A stretch of 38,433 bases of DNA. Origin: an uncultured Bacilli bacterium. GTDB taxonomy: Bacteria; Bacillota_I; Bacilli_A; RF39; UBA660. The notes below the pieces were generated by a model. It did not search any database. It had not been told where the DNA came from and saw only the letters and a list, made by a program, of their open reading frames with translations. The position numbers and the translations under genes were made by a program. The DNA lies in contig CAKOHL010000002.1 in NCBI GenBank assembly GCA_934085635.1, positions 1 to 38,433 of the forward strand, read 5' to 3'. The stretch's first letter is position 1. Every line of letters begins with the position of its first letter. Positions 7,686-15,540 of the stretch are shown here, in pieces.

Positions 7686-9077
7686 ATGGTATTTTCAGGC
7701 ATAACTTTTCTATATTACTTTTTACCAATAATGCTATTAGTTTATTTTATATGTCCTAAAAAATATAGAAACATAATATTACTAATAGGCAGTCTAATCT
7801 TTTATTTTTATGGAGAAACAAAATATTTCTTACTACTAGTTTTTTCTTCAATATTTAACTATCTTGTAGGTAAAAAAATAGAAAGCAGCAAACATAAAAA
7901 AATATTTTTAGCACTAGGTTTAATTGTTAATTTTGGTTTGCTATTTTACTTTAAATATTTTGACTTCTTTATAGAGAATATAAATGCTTTAATAGGTACA
8001 CAAATAAGTCTTTTAAACATAGTAATACCTATAGGAATAAGTTTCTTTACATTTAAAAATGCAAGTTACTTAATAGATATATATAATTGTAAAATAAAAG
8101 CATCAAATAGTCTTATTAATTATAGCTTATACTTATGCATATTCCAAACTATCGTGCAAGGTCCAATAGTAAGATACAAAGATGTAGAAAAAGAACTTAG
8201 TAGCAGAAAAGAATCATTTAGTCTATTCTCCAAAGGAGTAAGTAGATTTATACTTGGATTATCTAAAAAAGTATTAATAGCAAATGTTTTAGGAGAGTTA
8301 ACAACTAGTTTAGCTGGTATGGCTAGCAAAAGTATAATTTCATACTGGTTAAAAGCAAGTACTGACATACTAAGATTATACATAGACTTCTCTGGCTACA
8401 GTGATATGGCAATAGGTTTAGGCCTTATGTTTGGATTCAAGTACCTAGAAAACTTTGACTATCCATTTATGTCAAAAACAATGACAGAATTCTGGCGCAG
8501 GTGGCACATAAGCTTATCAAGTTGGTTCAAAGACTACATATATATTCCACTAGGAGGTAGTAAAGTATCTCCAAAAAGAAGAATAATCAACATACTAATA
8601 GTGTGGTTTTTAACAGGATTATGGCACGGATCAAGCTGGAATTTCATATTATGGGGACTATACTTTGGAATAATACTAATAATAGAAAAGAAATTCTTCT
8701 ATAAATATCTAAACGAACACAAAGTAATAGGTAGACTAATAACTGACATATTAGTAATGATAGGATTCATATTCTTCTATCAAACAACAATGCCAGAAAT
8801 AACAATATTCTTTAAATCAATGTTTGGATTTAAAGGCTTACCACTATTAACAAACGAAACAATATACTACATAAAAAACTATCTTATAGTGTTCATCCTT
8901 GGAGTAATAATAAGCACACCACTACTTAAAAACATAATAGCAAAATTAAAAGAAAACAAAAAAGTAAATATAATTATAAACGTACTAGAAGTAATAATGT
9001 ACATTGCATTACTAATAATTAGCACAGCTTTTATAATAGATGAATCTTTTAGTCCATTCTTATACTTTAGATTCTAG
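7686..9077 (+). CDS. MBOAT-family membrane O-acyltransferase (AlgI/DltB/PatA-like)
   Basis: Contains 'EFWRRWHISLSSWFKDYIYIPLGGS' and 'WFLTGLWHGSSWNFILWG' (conserved His region); polytopic. Start set at ATG 7686 after AGGAGG. The ORF-track extension from 7584 lacks an RBS and is not part of the family N-terminus. Confidence 0.85.
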   Translation: MVFSGITFLYYFLPIMLLVYFICPKKYRNIILLIGSLIFYFYGETKYFLLLVFSSIFNYLVGKKIESSKHKKIFLALGLIVNFGLLFYFKYFDFFIENINALIGTQISLLNIVIPIGISFFTFKNASYLIDIYNCKIKASNSLINYSLYLCIFQTIVQGPIVRYKDVEKELSSRKESFSLFSKGVSRFILGLSKKVLIANVLGELTTSLAGMASKSIISYWLKASTDILRLYIDFSGYSDMAIGLGLMFGFKYLENFDYPFMSKTMTEFWRRWHISLSSWFKDYIYIPLGGSKVSPKRRIINILIVWFLTGLWHGSSWNFILWGLYFGIILIIEKKFFYKYLNEHKVIGRLITDILVMIGFIFFYQTTMPEITIFFKSMFGFKGLPLLTNETIYYIKNYLIVFILGVIISTPLLKNIIAKLKENKKVNIIINVLEVIMYIALLIISTAFIIDESFSPFLYFRF

Positions 9078-9090
9078 GAAAGGAGAAAAA

Positions 9091-10182
9091 ATGAAAGACA
9101 AAATAATAACAATAACATTCGTAAGTTTTCTATCTATATTCCTAATAATAAACATATTTACAAAAGACAAAGAAGTATCTAGAGAAGAAAGAAGAACCCT
9201 TGCCTCATCTCCAAAACTAGAAATAAAAGAAATGATAAAAGGTGATAATTCATATTTTAATGAACTAAATACATACTTTCTAGATCAGTTTTCCTATAGA
9301 AGTACATTTAGAAAAATAAAAGGAACCATTGCCACTAGACTTTTACAAAAAAAAGAAAACAATGGAGTATTTGAAACTGAAGGACACTTAGTAAAAGTAG
9401 ACTCTAAAATAAACTATTCTTCACTAGATAACATAACATCAAAAATAAATTATATAAATGAAAAATATCTAGATGAAACAAACAAAAAATACTTTGCCTT
9501 CATTCCAGATAAAAACTTTTACATAAAGAACAAAACATTGCCTAAACTAGACTATAATGAACTAGAAACAAAACTAAAAAGCGAATTAAACTATTTAAAA
9601 TGGATAGACTTAAAAGAGGAATTGTCTCTAAGTAACTACTATAGTACAGATATACATTGGAAACAAGAAACTTTAAGCAAAGTAGTTAACAGACTAGAAA
9701 AGGAAATGAACTTAAAAATCACAAAAATGCCTGAAGAAAAAAGTTCATACTACCCATTCTATGGTGCACTTTACAGCAGCACAGCGTCAAACGTTGAAAA
9801 AGATACGATATATTACTTAAAAAATGATATAATAAATAATGTATTAGTGTATAACTATGAAAAGAATAAATATGAAAAAGTATATAACGAAGAAAATCTA
9901 AAACACATAGATAGTTATGATATATATTTATCAGGAGCAACAGCTTTACTAACAATAGAAAACAAAGCAGCACCAATTCAAAAGGAACTTATAATGTTCA
10001 GAGATTCATTCTCTAGTAGCCTAGTTCCATTATTAATAGAAAACTATAGTAGAATAACTCTAATTGATTTAAGATACATAAGTAGTAAATACTTAGAAAA
10101 AGTTGATATTAATTTCAAAAATGCTGATGTACTTTTCATATATAGTATGCCAATAATTAATAATAGTTTTTCACTAAAATAA
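9091..10182 (+). CDS. DHHW-family protein (AlgJ/AlgX-like SGNH-fold partner of MBOAT)
   Basis: N-terminal TM anchor, 'STDIHW' (a DHHW-type motif) and 'FRDSFSSSL'. Start at ATG 9091 after GGAAAGGAG. Sits immediately downstream of the MBOAT gene. Confidence 0.65.
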   Translation: MKDKIITITFVSFLSIFLIINIFTKDKEVSREERRTLASSPKLEIKEMIKGDNSYFNELNTYFLDQFSYRSTFRKIKGTIATRLLQKKENNGVFETEGHLVKVDSKINYSSLDNITSKINYINEKYLDETNKKYFAFIPDKNFYIKNKTLPKLDYNELETKLKSELNYLKWIDLKEELSLSNYYSTDIHWKQETLSKVVNRLEKEMNLKITKMPEEKSSYYPFYGALYSSTASNVEKDTIYYLKNDIINNVLVYNYEKNKYEKVYNEENLKHIDSYDIYLSGATALLTIENKAAPIQKELIMFRDSFSSSLVPLLIENYSRITLIDLRYISSKYLEKVDINFKNADVLFIYSMPIINNSFSLK

Positions 10183-10193
10183 AGGAGGACAAA

Positions 10194-10667
10194 ATGAAAA
10201 AAATAACAAAAATATTACTTTTAACAGCACTATCATTTATGCTAATTGGATGCACTACAAAAGGAAAAAACATAGATGGAAACCTTAGCAATATAATGAA
10301 TGAGATATACAAAGGAATGCCAGAAGGAGAATTACCAGAACTAGAACAGACTAAAGTAACAAAAAAAAATGAAGAATATTACTTAGGAAAAATAACTTTC
10401 TCATATAAAGAAGCTTTAGCAAGCGAGCCGTTAATGTCTTCAATCGCCCATTCAGTAGTGCTCGTAAGATTAAACAGTAGTAAAGATGCAGAAAAAGCTA
10501 AAAAAGAAATAAAAGAAAAAGTTGATCCTGCAAAATGGGTATGTGTAAACGTAGAAGATAAAAACGTATTAGTTGAAAGCAAAGGAGATTTAGTACTTCT
10601 AGTAATGGATAATGAATACTCACAAAAAATAATGGATAAATTCTTATCACTAGGAGAATCCAAGTAA
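10194..10667 (+). CDS. Lipoprotein, DUF4358-like
   Basis: Lipobox 'LIGC'. The pattern 'VVLVRLNSSKDAEKAKKEIKEKV...W...V' matches my recollection of DUF4358, which commonly follows DHHW/MBOAT genes. Confidence 0.55.
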   Translation: MKKITKILLLTALSFMLIGCTTKGKNIDGNLSNIMNEIYKGMPEGELPELEQTKVTKKNEEYYLGKITFSYKEALASEPLMSSIAHSVVLVRLNSSKDAEKAKKEIKEKVDPAKWVCVNVEDKNVLVESKGDLVLLVMDNEYSQKIMDKFLSLGESK

Positions 10668-10677
10668 AATATCTTGT

Positions 10678-10710
10678 AAAAAGCAATTTAGTTAGTTGCT
10701 TTTTTTATTT
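10678..10710 (+). terminator. Intrinsic terminator
   Basis: Stem AAAAAGCAA (10678-10686) / TTGCTTTTT (10696-10704) followed by a T-run. Confidence 0.6.
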
Positions 10711-10744
10711 ACTTAGACTATACTATTATTAAGGGTAAGTAGTT

Positions 10745-11728
10745 ATGAAAAAAAGAAGAAGAAAGAAAAGAAAACTTATAGTTAAGAATTTAATAAAGTT
10801 AATAGTATTATTCTTAATACTAGTATTTTTGATTGTCCTAACAATAAGTAAAATATATAGAAGTAGAAGTTTTAAAGTAAACTTTAACTCTGATGGTGGA
10901 AGTGCTGTTAAAAAAGAAGTAGTAAAATATGGAGAAAAAGCATATACTCCACAAGATCCAAATAAAGAAGGATACGAATTTAATGGTTGGTACATTAACG
11001 ATAAATTATATGACTTTGATTCAAAAGTAAAAAAAGATATAACCTTAACAGCTAAATGGGATGAAATTCAAAAAGATAATCCAGTCAATCCAGACGAAAA
11101 TAATAACACAAATCCGGCCCCACCAAACGAAAATAATAATACAAATACTGAAGAAAAAGACCCATATCCATATGACCATTTAAGTACAGATGATGCTAAA
11201 AGAATATTTAGTGAGAAAAAAGCGCTTGTAGTTTCTGACTCAATGGGAGAAGGACTAAGTGCATATAAAGTTTTAAACGAAGAAAATGTTATCTGGCATC
11301 GTGGTAGAAGAGTAGATAATATGGACATAGATATAGATAAAATATTAGAATTTAATCCATCATACATCTTTATGAGTTATGGAGCAAACGACATAAAATG
11401 GTGGGGAGGAAATGCAGAAAAATTTATAAATGCTTACAAAACACAAATAGAAAACCTACAAAGTAAACTACCAAATACCAAAATAATAATCAACTCAGTT
11501 TTACCAGTAGGAGAAAAAGCTATAGAAAAAGATGCATCATTTACTCATCAAGAAGAATTTAACACAGCATTAAAAGCCTTAGCGAAAGAAATGAACCTAG
11601 ACTTTATAGAAAATGGATTCATAGTATACACTGATGAAAAACCATTCTCATCAGATGGAGTACATCCAAAAAGTTTCTTCTTCTTTGCTTGGGGTAAACA
11701 TATGGCAAGTTATTTAGAAAAAAACTAA
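10745..11728 (+). CDS. Membrane-anchored protein with a Listeria-Bacteroides (InlB B-type) repeat and a C-terminal SGNH/GDSL hydrolase domain
   Basis: N-terminal K/R-rich segment plus a TM. Repeat 'FNSDGGSAVKKEVVKYGEKAYTPQDPNKEGYEFNGWY'. An Asn/Pro linker. SGNH block I 'VVSDSMGEG', then 'SYGANDI' and 'SDGVHP'. Confidence 0.75.
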   Translation: MKKRRRKKRKLIVKNLIKLIVLFLILVFLIVLTISKIYRSRSFKVNFNSDGGSAVKKEVVKYGEKAYTPQDPNKEGYEFNGWYINDKLYDFDSKVKKDITLTAKWDEIQKDNPVNPDENNNTNPAPPNENNNTNTEEKDPYPYDHLSTDDAKRIFSEKKALVVSDSMGEGLSAYKVLNEENVIWHRGRRVDNMDIDIDKILEFNPSYIFMSYGANDIKWWGGNAEKFINAYKTQIENLQSKLPNTKIIINSVLPVGEKAIEKDASFTHQEEFNTALKALAKEMNLDFIENGFIVYTDEKPFSSDGVHPKSFFFFAWGKHMASYLEKN

Positions 11729-11752
11729 TGCACACTTAAAAGTGCATTTTTT
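11727..11752 (+). terminator. Intrinsic terminator
   Basis: Stem AATGCAC (11727-11733) / GTGCATT (11742-11748) followed by TTTT. Confidence 0.5.
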
Positions 11753-11848
11753 AATTTGTAAAAAAATAAAGAAAAACATAAACTTATTGCCAAAAACTAC
11801 CTATTTAATGATATAATATATAATGAGATAATATAGTAGGAGGCATTA

Positions 11849-14113
11849 ATGAAAAAACACATACTAATAATTTTAACAATAATAATTAATATTTTGACAA
11901 TAACTAAGCTTAATGCCTTAGCGGGCTATACAACTGGCACATATGTCAAAGTAAGAAGTGAAGCAAGTGTTAATGGTGCAGAACTAGCAGAAATAGCAAA
12001 TAGAAACACAGTCCTTAATTTAATTAGTGATGAACTTTATAATGTAGGAGACACAAATTGCTCAGTAGGTTGGTATAAAATAAATTATAATGATAAAGAA
12101 GGATATATATGTGGAAAATATGTATCAATCGGAGAATTACCTAGCATAGATGATGGGCCAGGATTCAATGAAGAAACATATGAAGCAAGAATAAATGGAG
12201 TAAACATATATGTAAGAAAATCAGCAAGTTCTTCTTCACAAGTGTTAGATACACTTTTGCCAGGAACGAACTTAAAAATAGTAGGAAATAAAGTAAGTGG
12301 AACAGGATGTACAGAAGGGTACTATAAAGTAAACTATTACAAAAATCAAACTGGTTATGTGTGCTCAAAATTTGTAGTAACAAAGGGTGAAATAACAAGT
12401 AAAGACGAATCGTATGAACAAACACTAAAATCTCTTGGATTCCCTGATTCATACATTCCATATCTAGTAAAACTACACCAGGACCACCCAACTTGGACAT
12501 TCAAACCAATACTAACGAATCTTTACTGGTCGGAAGTATTAGATGGATTCAAAGGCAAAACTGCACTTCTAAACTACAAAATAGAAGCATATCTAGAAAA
12601 CTTAAATGACAACATCGACGGGGCAGGTTGGTATCCAGCAAAATCCTCAGTCGTAGCATTCTACTTAGACCCAAGAAACTTTCTAACAGAAAAATTTGTA
12701 TTTATGTTTGAAAGTTTAAGATATGATTACACAAGTTCAACTAAAGACTCACTAAATATGGAAAATGAAATAACAAAGAAATACTTATCAACAATGTCAT
12801 CAGTTTTATCAAGTTCATTTTTAAACACTGATGAATACAAAAAATACTATGTAGAAGCTGGATTTAATTTTGACATTAATCCAGTACATCTGGTGACACG
12901 TTCAAAAGGAGAAGGTGCAGCAAATGAAAACTACGTAGCAGTATCCGGGAATAACCCTGATTTGTACTGTAATTCAGTAACTGGGGAATGCTTCAATATA
13001 AATAATTTTTACAATTTCTACAACATAGGTGCATATAAACAAAATGGATTATCTAACCCAGTAAAAAACGGCCTTCTATATGCATGCGGACCTGCATGTG
13101 GATACGGAACTTCATATGGTAGACCTTGGGACACAAGAGAAAAAGCAATAAAAGGTGGGGCTGAATTCATATCCAACAGATACATAGGAAAAGGACAGTT
13201 TACTAGATACTTACAAAGATATAACGTTAACCCGTTCGGACAAAATGCACTATACACAAACGCATATCAAACTAACGTAATCGCAGCTTGTTCAGACTCA
13301 GCAGATGCATACACTTCATATAAAGAAATGAATTTATTAGAAGAACCATACTTATTTGAAATACCAGTATTTTTAAATATGCCAGACGTAGTAAGTCTTC
13401 CAAATATAGCAAGCACAGTAAACACTATAGAAAGCATAACAATAAATGGTAAAAAAATAACATCATTTGATAAAGACATATTAGAATTCACAGTTTATGT
13501 AAACGTAAACGACAAAGAATACGACATCGCAACAGTTCTTACTGATAATACAAGTAAAATTGAAGGTACTGGAAAAATATCTTTTGAAGAACAATCAAAA
13601 ACTCAAGAATTAAAAGTAACAGCAGAAAACGGTGATGTAAGAATATACAAAATGACTATGGTAAAAGTAAATGACACCACAACTGTTGAAGAAATAATAA
13701 GCAACTTATCAGTAAAAGTAACTGGTAACATAATGCACGGAATAAGTCCTGGAACTCTTGGAAGCACTCTTGTAACAAGCATAAACAAATTTAGCCCAGG
13801 CACAACAGTTGTTTTAAACGAAATGGATGGAAATGCAGCTTCAATATCTGGAATCTTAAAAACAGGACAAACAATCAAACTAACAACACCATCTGGAGAA
13901 ACAAAATCATTTGTGGTATCTGTAATAGGCGACACAAGTGGAGATGGAGAAGTAACAATCTTAGACTTATTAAGAGTACAAAAACACCTTCTAGGTTCAT
14001 CAAAACTAACAGATTATAACTTAGTTGCAGGAGACACAAATGCTGATGGAGAAGTAACAATACTAGACCTACTAAGAATTCAAAAATACATACTAAAAAC
14101 AATAAATCTATAG
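11849..14113 (+). CDS. Secreted peptidoglycan hydrolase: 2x SH3b, GH73-like N-acetylglucosaminidase, cadherin-like beta-sandwich and a C-terminal type-I dockerin
   Basis: - Signal peptide.
- Two 'GYxxxxxVxVRSxxS...GWYKVNY..GYVC' SH3b repeats.
- GH73-like blocks 'FYNIGAY', 'RPWDTREKAIKGGAEFISNRYIGKGQFTRYLQRYNVNP', 'NAYQTNV'.
- Cadherin-like 'ITINGKKITSFDKDILEFTVYV...VTAENGDVRIYKMTM'.
- Duplicated Ca-binding dockerin repeat 'GDTSGDGEVTILDLLRVQKHLLG' / 'GDTNADGEVTILDLLRIQKYIL' (nt ~13922-14110). Confidence 0.8.
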   Translation: MKKHILIILTIIINILTITKLNALAGYTTGTYVKVRSEASVNGAELAEIANRNTVLNLISDELYNVGDTNCSVGWYKINYNDKEGYICGKYVSIGELPSIDDGPGFNEETYEARINGVNIYVRKSASSSSQVLDTLLPGTNLKIVGNKVSGTGCTEGYYKVNYYKNQTGYVCSKFVVTKGEITSKDESYEQTLKSLGFPDSYIPYLVKLHQDHPTWTFKPILTNLYWSEVLDGFKGKTALLNYKIEAYLENLNDNIDGAGWYPAKSSVVAFYLDPRNFLTEKFVFMFESLRYDYTSSTKDSLNMENEITKKYLSTMSSVLSSSFLNTDEYKKYYVEAGFNFDINPVHLVTRSKGEGAANENYVAVSGNNPDLYCNSVTGECFNINNFYNFYNIGAYKQNGLSNPVKNGLLYACGPACGYGTSYGRPWDTREKAIKGGAEFISNRYIGKGQFTRYLQRYNVNPFGQNALYTNAYQTNVIAACSDSADAYTSYKEMNLLEEPYLFEIPVFLNMPDVVSLPNIASTVNTIESITINGKKITSFDKDILEFTVYVNVNDKEYDIATVLTDNTSKIEGTGKISFEEQSKTQELKVTAENGDVRIYKMTMVKVNDTTTVEEIISNLSVKVTGNIMHGISPGTLGSTLVTSINKFSPGTTVVLNEMDGNAASISGILKTGQTIKLTTPSGETKSFVVSVIGDTSGDGEVTILDLLRVQKHLLGSSKLTDYNLVAGDTNADGEVTILDLLRIQKYILKTINL

Positions 14114-14122
14114 GAGGAAAAA

Positions 14123-15502
14123 ATGAATAAAAAAATAAAAATAATACTAATGCTCTTGCTAACACTAACTATGTCACTAGGACTAATAAAAGAACTAAAC
14201 GCAGCAAACGCAAACATAAAAGTAACGACAAATAAATCATATCTAGTCGTGGGAGGAGAAATAACTGTAACAACAAGAATCTCTTCTGCCGAAGCATTAG
14301 GCTCTTGGGAGTACACATTATCATATGACTCAAGTAAACTAAAACTAATAAGTGGAACAACAAACGTAGTAGACTATGCTTCTAACTCATCTACTAAATC
14401 AAGAAGTTACACATACAAATTTAAAGTAATAGCAAAAGGAACAAGTACAGTATCAATAAAAGGATACAATGGATATGCATTTGACGAATCAAAACTAAGC
14501 ATATCAGCTGGAAGTGTAAAAATAACAGCAATAACACAAGCAGAACTTGAAGCAAGCTACAGCAAAAACAACAACCTAAGCTCACTAGGAGTAGAAGGCT
14601 ATGAACTAAGTACTCCATTTGACAAAAACACTCTAGAATACACTGTAAGCGTGCCATCAGATGTAGAAAAAATAACAATAAACGCAGCTGTAGAAGACAA
14701 AACAGCAAGTCTAATAGGAACTGGAGAATTTGAAGTATCAGAAGGAGAAAACAAATTTGAAATCAAAGTAACAGCGCAAAATGGTGGATTAAAAACATAC
14801 ACACTAAAAATAAATGTTGAAGATAAAAACCCTATAGAAGTAGTAATAGATAACGAAAAATACACAGTAGTAAAAAGAGTAAAAAGTCTTGAAATCCCAA
14901 GAACATACGAAGAAACAACTGAAAACATAAACGGAATAGACGTACCAGCATTTAAAAGTACAATAACTAACTTCACTTTAATTGGTTTAAAAAATATAAG
15001 TGGAGAAGTGAGCTTATACCTATATGATAATGGTGTATACACAAAATACACTGAAATAAATACAGGTGGAATCGTAATATTCCCTAAAGAAACAAAAAAC
15101 ATACCAAAGGACTACACAAAAACAGAAATAGAAATAAATGGTATAAAAGTAACTGCATACAAATACAAAAAACAAACAAACTTCTATCTAATATATGGAG
15201 TTAACATTGAAACAGGAAAAGAAGGATTATATGAATATGATATAGAAAATTCTAGCATAATAAAATATAACTCTGAAATAATAGATGAATTAAACAAAAG
15301 AATAGACAACTACTTCCTAATCATAGCAGTTTTAGGAGTAGAAAGCCTAGTATTATTAACAGTACTATTAATAACAAATGTAAAAAGAAAAAGTAAAAAA
15401 AGAAACAAAAAACAAATCAAAAACATAACTGAACAAGAAGAAAAAGAAAAAGAAACTGAAAATGAAGACAAAACAAAAAAATCCCTTGAAGATAAAGCAT
15501 AA
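14123..15502 (+). CDS. Type-I membrane protein with an N-terminal cohesin-like domain, a cadherin-like beta-sandwich domain, a C-terminal TM helix and a K/E-rich tail
   Basis: Signal peptide. Cohesin-like 'ANIKVTTNKSYLVVGGEITVTTRISSAEALGSWEYTLSYDSSKLKLISG'. Cadherin-like 'LSSLGVEGYELSTPFDKNTLEYTVSVP...VTAQNGGLKTYTLKINV'. TM 'FLIIAVLGVESLVLLTVLLI' followed by KRKSKKRNKK. Starts 10 nt after the dockerin gene. Confidence 0.7.
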   Translation: MNKKIKIILMLLLTLTMSLGLIKELNAANANIKVTTNKSYLVVGGEITVTTRISSAEALGSWEYTLSYDSSKLKLISGTTNVVDYASNSSTKSRSYTYKFKVIAKGTSTVSIKGYNGYAFDESKLSISAGSVKITAITQAELEASYSKNNNLSSLGVEGYELSTPFDKNTLEYTVSVPSDVEKITINAAVEDKTASLIGTGEFEVSEGENKFEIKVTAQNGGLKTYTLKINVEDKNPIEVVIDNEKYTVVKRVKSLEIPRTYEETTENINGIDVPAFKSTITNFTLIGLKNISGEVSLYLYDNGVYTKYTEINTGGIVIFPKETKNIPKDYTKTEIEINGIKVTAYKYKKQTNFYLIYGVNIETGKEGLYEYDIENSSIIKYNSEIIDELNKRIDNYFLIIAVLGVESLVLLTVLLITNVKRKSKKRNKKQIKNITEQEEKEKETENEDKTKKSLEDKA

Positions 15503-15540
15503 AGGAGTTATAATTTACTAAGTCTAAGGAGAAAAGAATT

